Shown here: one piece after another, positions 9,551-20,200 of the stretch | Layout of the letters: every line of letters starts with the position of its first letter | Position numbering within the stretch: position 1 is the stretch's first letter | Assembly (NCBI GenBank): GCA_040752415.1 | Contig: JBFMGU010000013.1 | Span: forward strand, 8,374 to 72,373 | Length of the DNA: 64,000 nucleotides | Direction of reading: 5' to 3' | Origin: Myxococcota bacterium | GTDB lineage: Bacteria; Myxococcota; JACRCW01 | Notes under the pieces: generated by a model | The model's database searches: none | What the model was told of the DNA's origin: nothing | Seen by the model: only the letters and a program-made list of their open reading frames with translations | Translations under genes and position numbers: made by a program

Positions 9551-12500
9551 ATGAACCGGCCACTCCGAAACCTCGGCGCGCAGTTGATGGTGTTGGGCGT
9601 CACGGCGGCATGCAGTGAGACCGTGGAGCCCCAGGTGGCGCAGGGTGTGGCCCGCCTGACCATCCGGAACATTGGCGCCATCACCCAGCTCATCAATGAC
9701 GACGGCATCTGCGGCTTCCGCTCCCCGGACGCGGTGGGGAGCCTGGTGGTGGAGGGCGCGCCTGGCGCGCAGGGGACCGCCACCTGGTCGGTGGAGAACT
9801 GCCGCCTGGAGCTCGGGTCGATGGCGAGGGCCAAGGAGGACTGCCTGGGCACCCGGACGCGCGCGCTGGGCACCGTGACGGTGAGCGCCACCCGGACCCT
9901 CACCGGCATCGTCACCGGGGATCCCACGCGCCCCGTGCTGCCCACCGACGCCAACGCGGTCACCCTTCACGTCACCGCCATCCTGGAGGACTTCGCGGCC
10001 ACCCACAGCAACGACGAGAACGTCCTCACCGGCCTCTCCGGGAAGGTGTCCTTTGATGCCACGCCCCGGCTGGCCCGCAGCGCCACGCACGGCCTGTGCT
10101 CGGTGCCCACGCCCAACGTGATCTTCTCCAACGTGGTCTACGAGGACGCGCAGCTCCACCTCCACGCCGACGGCGCCGGGCCGCTGGCCACGCCGCTGGC
10201 ACTGGACGTCACGGTGGGCTCCTCCAACCTCTACGCCGTGGCCGGCCGCCATGGCGACGAGGAGAACCTGCTGCGCGGCACCCTGGAGCTGAGCGGCAAG
10301 CAGGTGCACATCCCCGTTCCCGACGAGAGCGCGCTGGATCCCAGCTACAACGCGGACCAGTACGTGGAGTCCTACGCGTGCACGCCGGATCTCACGTCGG
10401 TGGACGCGGAATGCGACAATCCCCAGGTGGCACTGGGCGAAGGCGCCGCGCGACTGAACGTGCGCAGCCTGGGCGCCGTCCTCGCCGCCATCCAGGATGA
10501 CGTCGGGTGTGGATTCTCCAGCGCCGCTGCCGCGGGCACCACGCAGCTGAGCGGCCCGGCGGGCTCCACCGGCACCGCCACCACCACGGTGCGTGACTGC
10601 GAAATCAACCTCGTCGAGAGCGTGGTGAGCACGGACTGCGCGGGAGTGGCCACGCGGGCCTCGGGGAGGATCCGTGTGAACGGCACGCGCTCCATCCGCG
10701 GCCTGCTCACCGGCGACGGGGCGCAGCCGGTGGTGCCGGATTCACCGGACGCCGTGGCGTTCAACCTGCAGGTCACCATGACCGACTTCACGGTGCGCGC
10801 GGACAACAACCCCGCCGTGCTCACCGTCAAGTCGGGCAGCGTGGCGTTTGAGGCGCAGCCGCTCCTGGCCACCAGCGCGTCCACGGGCGTGTGCTCCGTC
10901 CCGGTGCCGGTGGTGCGCTTCCCCGCCATCCGCCTCGGCCCCTCGCAGTTCCACGTCGTGGCGGAGCAGGGCGCGTTCGACCTTTCCGTCGAGAGCTCCA
11001 ACTACCAGGCGCAGGTGGGGCGGGGCCTGGGCGCGGAGAACGCGCTGGCGGGCACCATCCGCGTGGCCGGTCACGACGTCGATCTCAGCGGCCTGGTGCT
11101 GGACCCCGCCTACAACGCCGCCGCGTATGAGGGCACTTGGGCGTGCACCAACGACCTGGCCCAGCCCATCCGTCACGAGTGCGGCAACGTCACCAACCAG
11201 CTGGGCAACGGCGTGGCGCGCCTGACCATGCGCACCCTGGGCGCGGTGGCCAAGCTCGTCGAGGACGACGCGGCGTGCGGATTCGCCAGCAGCGCCGTCT
11301 CCGTGCAGGTGAGCGGCCAGCCTGGTGGTGAGGGCTCCGCGGTGTTCACCGTCGCCGACTGCGCGCTGAACCTCGACGACACCGTGGTGGAGACCGACTG
11401 CAACGGCGTGCGGACGGTGGCCAACGGGCAGGTCGTGGTGAGCGCCACGCGCACGGTTCGCGGCATGCTCGCCGGGCAGGGCTCCCAGCCGGTCATTCCC
11501 AACGCCTCCGACGTCGTCGACGTCGACCTGGACATCCGCTTCGTCGACTTCTCGGTGACGGTGGACGGCAGCCCGCACGTGCTCACGCTCCACGGCGGCA
11601 ACCTCTCCGCACACCTGCAACCCACGTTGGCGGTGAGCGCGGTGGAAGGTGTCTGCGCGGTTCCCCTGCCGCTGGTGAAGTTCTCCGCGGTCCGTTACGC
11701 CAACGCCCGCGCCACCGTGGTCACGCCCGACGCCACCGTGACGCTGGACCTCCCCGCGTCGGAGCTCGCGGCGGTGGCGGGTCGCTACGGCAACGAGGAG
11801 AACGCGCTGTCCGGCACCATCCGCATCTTCGGGCAGGACGTGGTGGCCGGCTCCGACGGGGACGGGCTGGATCCCAGCTACAACGCGAGCAGCTACGGCG
11901 CGTCGTACGCGTGCAATCCCAAGCTGACCAACCCCATCCGCACCGACTGCCCGGACCTCCGCCCCGTGCTGGCGCAGGGTGCGGCGCGGCTGGGCGTCAA
12001 GACCTACGCCACGGTGCTCAAGCTCCTGGACAAGGACACGCGCTGCGGCTTTGCCAGCGCCAGCGTGAAGCAGGGCGCCAGCGTGACGGGCGTGCTGGGA
12101 GAGGCGGGCGCCACCGCGGTGTCGACGTTGGGCAACTGCGTGCTGGAGTTCCCCGTGGAGCAGGCGGTGGAGACGGATTGCGCGGGCGTCAGCACCTTCG
12201 TGCAGGGGAAGGTCACGGTCAGCGGCACCCGCACGCTGCGCGGCATCCGCACCGGCAGCGTCGACACGCCGATTGTGCCCACGAGCTGGGAGCCGGTGGA
12301 TTTCAATCTGGACATGGTGATGGACCACTTCACGGTCCGTTCCTCCGACGTGGACAAGGCGCTCACGGTCAACGCCGGCCGCATCTCCGGGGCGTTCAAG
12401 CCGCGCACCGCGCTGGACTCCGCCACCGGTGCCTGCTCCATCCCCACCGCCAATGTGCAGTTCGGCAACGTGCAGTTCCACGACGCGGATCTGACCATCC

Positions 12501-13555
12501 ATGCCGGCGCGCACGCGCTGAGCATCACGGTGCCCACGGCCACGCTGCAGGGGCAGGCGGGAGTGCGTGACGACGTCGAGAACACGCTCACCGGCACGCT
12601 GAAGATGGGCGAGGAGCTGTTCACCATCCCGGTGGACCCGGCGGATGCGGGCCTGGTGCCAGGGTACGACGCGGAGGCGTTCGCACAGAGCTACCTGTGC
12701 ACGCCCAACCTGGTGATGCCCGTCGACAATGCACAGTGCTCCTTCATGGACAAGCTGGGCCAGGGTGCGGCGCGCCTCCTTGTCCGCGCGCTGGGTGAAA
12801 CCACGGAGCTGGTGAACGAGGACGACGACTGCGGCTTCATGGCCATGGACGTGCTGATGGACCCCGACCACGTCACCGGCGACCCGGGCGACCTGGGCTC
12901 CATGACGTTCAGCTTCAACAACTGCAGCCGCGGCGTCTCACCTTCCCATCCCAACGGCGACGCGCTGAATCGCCCGGTGGACTGCGTGGGCCGTCGCCGC
13001 GACGTGAGCGGCCGGGTGATCACCACCGCGCAGCGCACCGTGACCGGTCTGCGCGACACCCAGCTGTTCTTCTTTGACTCCATCATCCCGCGCTCCCGTG
13101 ACGCGGTGACCGTCAACATGCAGGAGGTGACGTTCGACGAGTACCGCAACGGTGGCATCACCCCCGACGGCACGCCGGAGCCCTACGCCATCCGCATCCA
13201 CAGCGGCAGCATCTCCGCCACCGCCAAGCCCGTCCTGGGTGAGAACCGCAACAACCCGGGCACCTTTGACGTGAAGACGCCGGTGGCGCGCGTGGAGAAC
13301 CTCCGCACCACCACGGGCCTGGAGGCCACGCTGGAGGCGCAGGGCATGGTGTTCCGGCTGCACATCACCGCGCTGGAGGTGGACGCGTTCAACGGCAGCT
13401 ACCAGGGCTCCACCAACGAGATCAGCGGCACCATCGTGGTCAACGGCGTGACGGTGAACCTGACCGGCCCGCTCGTCGAGAACTATGACCAGGACGCGTT
13501 TGACGACGCTTATGTGTGCACGCCCAACCTGCGCGCCGTGGTGCCGTCCCACTGA
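9551..13555 (+). CDS. Large lipoprotein of unknown function made of five ~260-aa Cys-containing repeats
   Basis: Lipobox VTAAC; repeats start at 9641, 10439, 11207, 11975 and 12761 (G-x-ARL...D-x2-CGF). Confidence 0.85.
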   Translation: MNRPLRNLGAQLMVLGVTAACSETVEPQVAQGVARLTIRNIGAITQLINDDGICGFRSPDAVGSLVVEGAPGAQGTATWSVENCRLELGSMARAKEDCLGTRTRALGTVTVSATRTLTGIVTGDPTRPVLPTDANAVTLHVTAILEDFAATHSNDENVLTGLSGKVSFDATPRLARSATHGLCSVPTPNVIFSNVVYEDAQLHLHADGAGPLATPLALDVTVGSSNLYAVAGRHGDEENLLRGTLELSGKQVHIPVPDESALDPSYNADQYVESYACTPDLTSVDAECDNPQVALGEGAARLNVRSLGAVLAAIQDDVGCGFSSAAAAGTTQLSGPAGSTGTATTTVRDCEINLVESVVSTDCAGVATRASGRIRVNGTRSIRGLLTGDGAQPVVPDSPDAVAFNLQVTMTDFTVRADNNPAVLTVKSGSVAFEAQPLLATSASTGVCSVPVPVVRFPAIRLGPSQFHVVAEQGAFDLSVESSNYQAQVGRGLGAENALAGTIRVAGHDVDLSGLVLDPAYNAAAYEGTWACTNDLAQPIRHECGNVTNQLGNGVARLTMRTLGAVAKLVEDDAACGFASSAVSVQVSGQPGGEGSAVFTVADCALNLDDTVVETDCNGVRTVANGQVVVSATRTVRGMLAGQGSQPVIPNASDVVDVDLDIRFVDFSVTVDGSPHVLTLHGGNLSAHLQPTLAVSAVEGVCAVPLPLVKFSAVRYANARATVVTPDATVTLDLPASELAAVAGRYGNEENALSGTIRIFGQDVVAGSDGDGLDPSYNASSYGASYACNPKLTNPIRTDCPDLRPVLAQGAARLGVKTYATVLKLLDKDTRCGFASASVKQGASVTGVLGEAGATAVSTLGNCVLEFPVEQAVETDCAGVSTFVQGKVTVSGTRTLRGIRTGSVDTPIVPTSWEPVDFNLDMVMDHFTVRSSDVDKALTVNAGRISGAFKPRTALDSATGACSIPTANVQFGNVQFHDADLTIHAGAHALSITVPTATLQGQAGVRDDVENTLTGTLKMGEELFTIPVDPADAGLVPGYDAEAFAQSYLCTPNLVMPVDNAQCSFMDKLGQGAARLLVRALGETTELVNEDDDCGFMAMDVLMDPDHVTGDPGDLGSMTFSFNNCSRGVSPSHPNGDALNRPVDCVGRRRDVSGRVITTAQRTVTGLRDTQLFFFDSIIPRSRDAVTVNMQEVTFDEYRNGGITPDGTPEPYAIRIHSGSISATAKPVLGENRNNPGTFDVKTPVARVENLRTTTGLEATLEAQGMVFRLHITALEVDAFNGSYQGSTNEISGTIVVNGVTVNLTGPLVENYDQDAFDDAYVCTPNLRAVVPSH

Positions 13556-13653
13556 GCGCCGCGGCGGTGGATCCACGCTCCTGGTTCACCACAATGAGAT
13601 TGGGTGCGGCTCATTTTGAAACGACGCGTGCCCGCAGGCGGGAGCACATCCGC

Positions 13654-14357
13654 AGGTGGCCGGCAATGGTCAGCCCCGGGGCGGCGCTGTCACGACGACG
13701 GAAAGCGGCAGGCGATACGACCGGACCGACCGATTCAGCCCGCTGGAGAACCGGCCTGCAATGTAGGGGCTGCCCGTTGCCGGCAACGCGTGAACGGTGA
13801 AGGTGGCCGGCAATGGTCAGCCCCGGGCGGCGCTGCCATGACGACAGGAATTGGTCTGCAACGTCGGTCCAGCGGTTCATGACGACGGAGAACCGGCCTG
13901 CAATGTAGGGGCTGCCCGTTGCCGGCAACGCGTGAACGGTGAAGGTGGCCGGCAATGGTCAGCCCCGGGCGGCGCTGTCACGACGACGGAAAACCGGTCC
14001 ACGACGACCGAGCCGGCCCCCACGCGTCCGGAGCTCACGGTTCACCCAGAACGCGCTCCGGCAGCCCGAACGATCCGGGCCTGTTCTCCGCTGACGAGAG
14101 CTAACTGCACCAGCGAATTGCGGGCCATTTTCCGTCGTCATGAACCGCTGGGCCCGGGGCTGACCATTGCCGGCCACCTTCACCGTTCACGCGTTACCGG
14201 CACGGGCGGCCCCTACATTGCAGGCCGGTTCTCCAGCGCGCTGAATCGGTCGGTCAGGTCGCGTGGCGTGTCGTTTTGCGTCGTCACCAGGGCGGCGAGG
14301 GCCCGCCGCACCCCAGGCCGTGGCCCGCTCACGACGTCTGCAAGCCCGAGTGGCAAC
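13654..14357. repeat. Composite REP/BIME-like cluster of direct and inverted ~100-bp repeats
   Basis: 13745-13845 repeats at 13887-13987; 13724-13828 is inverted at 14152-14255; AGGTGGCCGGCAATGGTCAGCCCCGGG occurs four times; 14287-14357 matches the reverse complement of 63725-63794. Confidence 0.9.
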
Positions 14358-14521
14358 CTCTTCGGACGCCCCCCCTTGCATCCTGTTCGTCTCATGGCGG
14401 CGCGACGCGCTTGCCCGCACGGTTGGGCTTCGCTCCAGCCGAAACCCGCGCAGCATCTGCGGCCTCCCGCCGCCATCGCGCAAAGAGGTTGCGTTTGCCG
14501 GGCCGCTCCCGGGGTGTGCCG

Positions 14522-14537
14522 TGGATCGGCGTTTGCA
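14522..14537 (+). promoter_or_regulatory. Candidate sigma-54 promoter
   Basis: TGGATCGGCGTTTGCA has GG-N10-GC spacing, ~30 nt before ATG 14570. Palindrome CGCAA-N5-TTGCG lies at 14479-14493. Confidence 0.4.
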
Positions 14538-14569
14538 GAATCGCCGGCAACCCTTGCGTGGGCACCAGA

Positions 14570-16345
14570 ATGCAGACGCGCTCCAACGAATGGCCCCGTC
14601 ATCCGGAAGGCCAGGTGCCCACTGGCACGCCACCGGCGCCCATCCTGGACTCGTGGCAGCGCAGCCGCGCGGCGGGCGTGGAGCGGCGTGGCGACGTCCC
14701 CGGCGTGAGCACCGGGGAGCTCGATGAACGGCTGACGCTGAACGGCGCGCTGTGCACCGCCGCACTCCCGCACCTGGACGGACTGGCCCGCGTGCTGCCC
14801 GGTGCCGCGGTCGCGGTGGCGGACCGGGAGGGCGTGGTGCTGCTGTCGCTCGCCGCCGACGGGGAGATGGTGGCACGCACCGGCCTCCGCCCCGGCATGC
14901 AGCGGGCGGAAAGCGCGGTGGGCACCACGGCCCTGGGCATCTGCCTGGCCACGGGAAGGCCCGCGTGGGTGGGTGCAGGTCACCATCACCGCGCCGACTG
15001 GCACCCCTACTCCGCGTGCGCCGCTCCCGTGCTGGACGAGGAGCAGACCGTGCTGGGCGTCGTCGAGCTGGTCTTCCGCGCCGACGGGGCGGAGGCGGAA
15101 CGGTTGGCATTGGCCTCCCAGGCGGCCTTTGCCGTCGGACGCGAGCTCCAGCAGTCGCAGCGCGGCCAGCGCCTGGCCCGTCCGGGTCCGGGCGCGTTGA
15201 CCCCGGCTGGCAGCGAGGCATGCCGGGATGACGCGGGCATGCGCATCCTCGTGGTCGACGATGACCCCGCCAGTCGCGAGCTGCTCACCGTGCTGCTCTC
15301 CCCGCGCTACCGGGTGCTCACCGCCGCCGACGGAGCGGGCGCGCTGGAGGTCCTCCAACGTGAGCCGGTGGACCTGGTGCTCAGCGACGTCATGATGCCG
15401 GGCATGAGCGGCTACGAGGTGTGTGAGCGCGTCAAGCAGCACGCCGGGAGCAGCTACCTGCCCGTCATCCTGCTCACCGCGCTGGGCGAACAGGACGACC
15501 GCAACCGCGGCCTGGGCGCCGGTGCCGACGAGTTCCTCACCAAGCCGGTGGACCGCGTGGAGCTCCTGCTGCGCGTGCGCTCGCTGCTGGCGGTACGCGC
15601 CCAGGACCACACCATCCGGCGCCAGCTCAGCGACCTGCAGAAGCTCAACGCCGTCAAGGATGACCTGGTCTCCCTGGTGGTCCATGACCTGCGCAACCCG
15701 CTCAACTCCCTGCAGTTCAACCTGGAGCTTGCCCGACGCCAGGCGGAGAGCACCGGCCGCGCCCCGCTGGTGGGCGCGCTGCAGAACATCCGCATGGCCA
15801 GCGCGCGCCTCAACGAGCTGCTCGACGACGTGTTGCAGGTGCGCCTGCTGGAGGAGGGCAAGCTGCCCATCCAGCGACAACCGCTGGCCATGCGCGGCCT
15901 GATGACCGCGGCGCTGGCCACGCTGGACGGGGTGGCGCGCCAGCTCAACGTCAGCGTGGTGCTGGAGTGTCCCGATCACGTGGTGGCGGTGGTGGACCGG
16001 CGCCTGGCGCGGCGCACCGTGGAGAACGTGCTGGTCAACGCGCTGACCCATTCCCCCGAGGGCAGCACCGTGGAGGTGGTGGTGGGCCAGCGCGGGACGG
16101 AGCTGCTGGTGGTGGACATCTGTGACCGCGGCCCCGGCGTGCCCGACGAGCTCAAGGCGCGCATCTTCGAGAAGTTCGGCACCGTGGAGGCGCGCCGCAG
16201 CGAGACCCGGCGCAGCCACGGCCTGGGCCTGTTCTTCGTCAACCTCGCCGTGAGCGCCCACGGCGGCAGCGTGGCGGTGCTGGACCGCGACGGCGGAGGC
16301 TCCGTCTTCCGTCTCACCTTCCCCCTGACCGGGAACCCGAGGTGA
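14570..16345 (+). CDS. Hybrid sensor kinase: AcoR-type GAF + receiver + HisKA + HATPase
   Basis: ILDSWQRS...AVGTTALG...CAAPV (GAF); RILVVDDD..DLVLSDVMMP..TKP (REC); VHDLRNPL, NVLVNA, DRGPGVP and GLGLF. Confidence 0.85.
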   Translation: MQTRSNEWPRHPEGQVPTGTPPAPILDSWQRSRAAGVERRGDVPGVSTGELDERLTLNGALCTAALPHLDGLARVLPGAAVAVADREGVVLLSLAADGEMVARTGLRPGMQRAESAVGTTALGICLATGRPAWVGAGHHHRADWHPYSACAAPVLDEEQTVLGVVELVFRADGAEAERLALASQAAFAVGRELQQSQRGQRLARPGPGALTPAGSEACRDDAGMRILVVDDDPASRELLTVLLSPRYRVLTAADGAGALEVLQREPVDLVLSDVMMPGMSGYEVCERVKQHAGSSYLPVILLTALGEQDDRNRGLGAGADEFLTKPVDRVELLLRVRSLLAVRAQDHTIRRQLSDLQKLNAVKDDLVSLVVHDLRNPLNSLQFNLELARRQAESTGRAPLVGALQNIRMASARLNELLDDVLQVRLLEEGKLPIQRQPLAMRGLMTAALATLDGVARQLNVSVVLECPDHVVAVVDRRLARRTVENVLVNALTHSPEGSTVEVVVGQRGTELLVVDICDRGPGVPDELKARIFEKFGTVEARRSETRRSHGLGLFFVNLAVSAHGGSVAVLDRDGGGSVFRLTFPLTGNPR

Positions 16346-17214
16346 CGGTGGCACGCGGCACGCCGGATGACGAGGTCCGGGAGCTTCCCCCCGAGACCCA
16401 GGAGGTGCTGCGCCACCTGGCGGAGGAGCACGGCGTGGACCTGCGCGAGTACCGGCCGGCCACCATCCAGCGACGCATGGAGCTGCGTTACGCCGCCACC
16501 GGTGCGCGCCACGCCGGGGAATACCTCCGCCGCCTGCGCGCCGACGCCGCCGAGACCGCGCGGCTGTTGAGCTGCCTGCTCATCCCGGTGACGTCGTTCT
16601 TCCGCGACCCGGCGGTGTTCCAGGCGCTGCGCGCCACCGTGCTCCCGGAGCTGGTGGCCCGCGCCGGGCCGCGCCGGCTGGTGCGCGCGTGGGTGGTGGG
16701 CTGCGCCACGGGTGAGGAGGCGTGGTCGCTGGCCATGCTCCTGACCGAGGCGTGCGCGCACGCCCGCGCCCCGGGCTTCCACGTGCTGGCCACCGACCTG
16801 GACGCCAACGTGCTGGCCACGGCGCGCGCCGGCCGTTACCCCGCGCTCTCCGGCCTCCCCGACGAGGAGCGCGCGCGCCACTTCCGGCCCCTTCCCGGTG
16901 GCTTCGAGGTGGCCGAGGCGCTGCGCTCCCGCGTGCAGTTCGCACAACATGACGTGCTGGGGCACGCGCTGGCGCCGCAGCAGGCCATCATTGCCAGCTT
17001 TGACCTGGTGATGTGCCGCAACGTGCTCATCTACTTCGCGCCCCGTCTGCAGCAGAAGGCGCTGGAGCGCATGGCGGCGGTGATGGAGCCGCGCGGCGCG
17101 CTGGTGCTGGGCCTGGCGGAGTCGGTGAAGCGGGGGACGGAGCGCCTGGTGCGTCCCCATCCCGCCGTGGATCCCGGGCTCAAGATCTTCCAACGCGTTG
17201 CGGAGGCGGGATGA
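16342..17214 (+). CDS. cheR: CheR-type protein-glutamate methyltransferase
   Basis: [41 protein letters not shown] and LVLGLAES; overlaps both neighbours by 4 nt. Confidence 0.9.
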   Translation: MTVARGTPDDEVRELPPETQEVLRHLAEEHGVDLREYRPATIQRRMELRYAATGARHAGEYLRRLRADAAETARLLSCLLIPVTSFFRDPAVFQALRATVLPELVARAGPRRLVRAWVVGCATGEEAWSLAMLLTEACAHARAPGFHVLATDLDANVLATARAGRYPALSGLPDEERARHFRPLPGGFEVAEALRSRVQFAQHDVLGHALAPQQAIIASFDLVMCRNVLIYFAPRLQQKALERMAAVMEPRGALVLGLAESVKRGTERLVRPHPAVDPGLKIFQRVAEAG

Positions 17215-20200
17215 CCGGCTGGGAATTCGGGAACTGGCCGCTGCGTCGCAAGCTGCTCACCCTGGTGCTGGTGGCCGCGGCGCTGCCGCTGGTGGCCGCG
17301 TTGGCGGTGGAGTTCCACCTGGCGCGGTCCGTCGTGGACGGCGACGCGGAGGCCCTGCTGCGCGCCCGCGCCGAGCAGGTGGCCGGGGACCTGGACCAGT
17401 TCAACCAGGGCTACCTGCGCACGGTGACCCACCTCTCCAAGCTGCCCACCGTGCGCCACCACCTCTCCGTCGACGAGACGCAGCGTGCCGCGCGGCGCGC
17501 CGAGCTGGACCAGGTGCTCACCGCCTACGTGGCCGGCGACCACACCATCCACCGCCTGGTCATCCTGGACCAGCACGGCCAGCAGGTGGCCAGCACCGGC
17601 GGCGGTGGGCTGAGCGGCCTGGAGCGCTCCCAGACCTTCCTCCAGGAAGCCCTCGGCGGTCGCGCCAGCATCTCCGGGATCTTCCTCTCCGCGCCGGAGC
17701 AGGGCTCGGCGGCGCTGCTGGCGTACGCCTCCCAGGTCCTGGGGCTGGACGGCCAGCCACGCGGCGTGGTGCTGCTGCTCAGCAACGCGCAGGCGTTCTG
17801 GGACGCGGTGCGCGCGGGCAACGGGGTGGCCGGGCCGGGCAGCTTCTCCATCCTCATTGACGAGCACGGCGTGCGCATTGCCCACAGCTTCCTGCGCGAG
17901 CTGGTGTTCAAGCCCGTGGGCGCCCTGGACCGGCCCACGCTGGAGCGCCTGGTGGCCGAGCGCCGCTACGGCGACCACACGCGGGAGCTGCTGGAGAAGC
18001 CGGTGCCGCTGGAGGGGAACGTGGACCTGGTGCAGCTGCGCACCGTGGCCAGCCAGGCCTACCGCATCTTCGCCCCCGGCAACGGGCGCATGAACCTGGC
18101 GGTGGTGCAGCCGCTGACCACCGCGCCCTGGCGCCTGCTCTACCTGGCGCCGGAGGACATGCTCTACGCGCCGGCGCAGAAGCTCATCACCACCACGCTG
18201 GCGGCCAGCTCCCTGCTCATCCTGCTGGCGTTGCTCTTGGGGCTGCTCTTGTCCGCGCGCATCACCCGTCCCATCCAGGAGCTGCTGGAGGCGGCGCGCA
18301 ACTACGGTCAGGGGCGCTACCACGCGCGGGTCCTGGCGCCCTTCCACGACGAGGTGGGCACGCTGGGCCGCACCTTCAACGAGATGGCCGAGGCCCTGGC
18401 GGTCAAACACGACGAGCTGGAGGCCCGCGTCCGGGAACGCACCGAGGCGCTGACCCGCGCCAACGAGGAGCTGGGCAGTCGCAACCGTGCGCTGGCGGAG
18501 AGTCGCGCGGAGGTGGAGCGGCACGTGACGCACGCGGTGACCTTCGGGCGCACCGTGGCCTCCTTTGCCGCGCAGGGAACGCTCCCGGAGGTGCTGGAGG
18601 CGGGCCTGCGCCACCTGGCTCCCCGCGTGGGGGCCGTGACCCTGGTGTGCTACCGCGTGAGCCGCAACCAGGAGCTGCTCCCGGTGGCCTCCTGGGGCGC
18701 CGGCGGCACGGCGCGGCCGGTGCGCCTGGGCGGGCTGGCGCAGGAGGCGTGGAGCTCCGGGCAGAGCCTCGTCGTGGATGACCTCCCTTCCGACGTGGAG
18801 CTGCACTTCGAGGCGGCCTTTGTCTCCACGCGGCCGCGCCACCTCGCGCTCACGCCGCTGGCGGTGGCCAGCCAACGCGTGGGCCTGCTGGCGGTGGGGA
18901 GCCTGGCGCCCTTCTCCCCGGAGGCCCGCAAGCTCCTGGACGAGGTGGCCGTCCCCCTGGCCCTCACCATCCACCGCCACGAGCTGGCCGAGCAGGGCGA
19001 GCGCTATGCCGAGGAGCTGGCCCGCCAGAACGAGGAGCTGCAGGCGCAGGCCGAGGAGCTGCACGCGCAGAGCGAGGAGCTGCGCAACCAGAGCGAGGAG
19101 CTGCTGGCCCACCAGGAGGAGCTGGAGAGCAAGAACCGGCAGGTGGCCCAGGCGGACCGCATGAAGAGCGAGTTCATCGCCAACATGTCCCATGAGCTGC
19201 GCACGCCGCTGAACACGGTGATCGGCTTCACGGACCTGCTGCTCGACGAGGCGCGCGAGGCACTGGTGGCGCGCCACATCAAGTACCTGGGAGACATCCG
19301 CGCCAGCGGCCGGCACCTGCTCAGCCTCATCAATGACATCCTGGATCTCTCCCGCATCGAGGCGGGGCACTCCATCCTCTCGCTGGGCACGGTGGACCCG
19401 CGCACGGTGGTGCAGGAGGCGCTGGCGGTGGTGAAGGTCCCCGCCGGGCGCAAGGACATCACGCTGCGCGAGGACCTGCGCGGCAGCCAGCCCATCCACG
19501 CCGACGCCAACAAGATCCGCCAGGTGCTCATCAACCTCCTGTCCAACGCGGTGAAGTTCAGCCCGCCGGGGGCCACCGTGCTGGTGCGCACCCACCACGA
19601 CGGCGCCACGCTGCGCTTTGACGTGCAGGACAACGGGCCGGGCATTGACCCCGCGCTCCAGGTGCGCCTCTTCGAGCCGTTCGTGCAGGGTGAGCACCCG
19701 TTGGTGAAGAAGCACGAAGGCACCGGGCTGGGCCTGGCCATCAGCAAGCGCCTCGTCGAGCAGCACGGCGGGCAGCTCACGGTGGAGAGTGAGGTGGGTC
19801 ACGGCGCCACCTTCTCCTTCGCGCTTCCCGTCGCGGAGCGGCGCGCGGGGAACGGGGAGCTGGAGCGTTCACCCGCGCGGGAGCCCACCGGTCCTGCGGC
19901 CCCGCCCGCCTCCGACGGCGCCGCCGTGCTGGTGGTGGCCAACGGGCAGGACACCGGCGGAATCCGACAGACGCTGCAGGGCGCCGGCTACCGCGTGCTG
20001 GAGGCGCAGGAGGCGCGGCGGGCGGTGGAGCTGGCGGTGGACCGCGACGTGGCCGCCGTGATCATCGGCCCCGGCTGGGACGACGGCGCGGGGCTGGCGG
20101 TGGTGGAGGCGCTGAAGGCGGACCCGCGCACGCGCCACCTGCCGGTGCTCTTCGAGTCCATGCTGGGCAGCGGGGCGCCGGGGAAGCTGCTGGGCGCCGC

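Noticed and set aside
10742..12871. Long antisense or alternative-frame ORFs (e.g. 10742..12871-, 17031..19802-, 34118..37126+, 43407..45815+)
   Set aside because: They are shadows of real genes caused by high GC and codon bias; they have Arg/Gly/His-rich composition and no motifs.
13654..13990. Possible CRISPR array (repeats with ~145-nt period)
   Set aside because: Repeat units are ~100 nt, the intervening segments are themselves reused in inverted form, there are only three direct copies, and no cas genes are in the window.
13604..14708. Short ORFs across the repeat cluster
   Set aside because: The translations simply mirror the DNA repeats, with no coding bias or recognisable domain.
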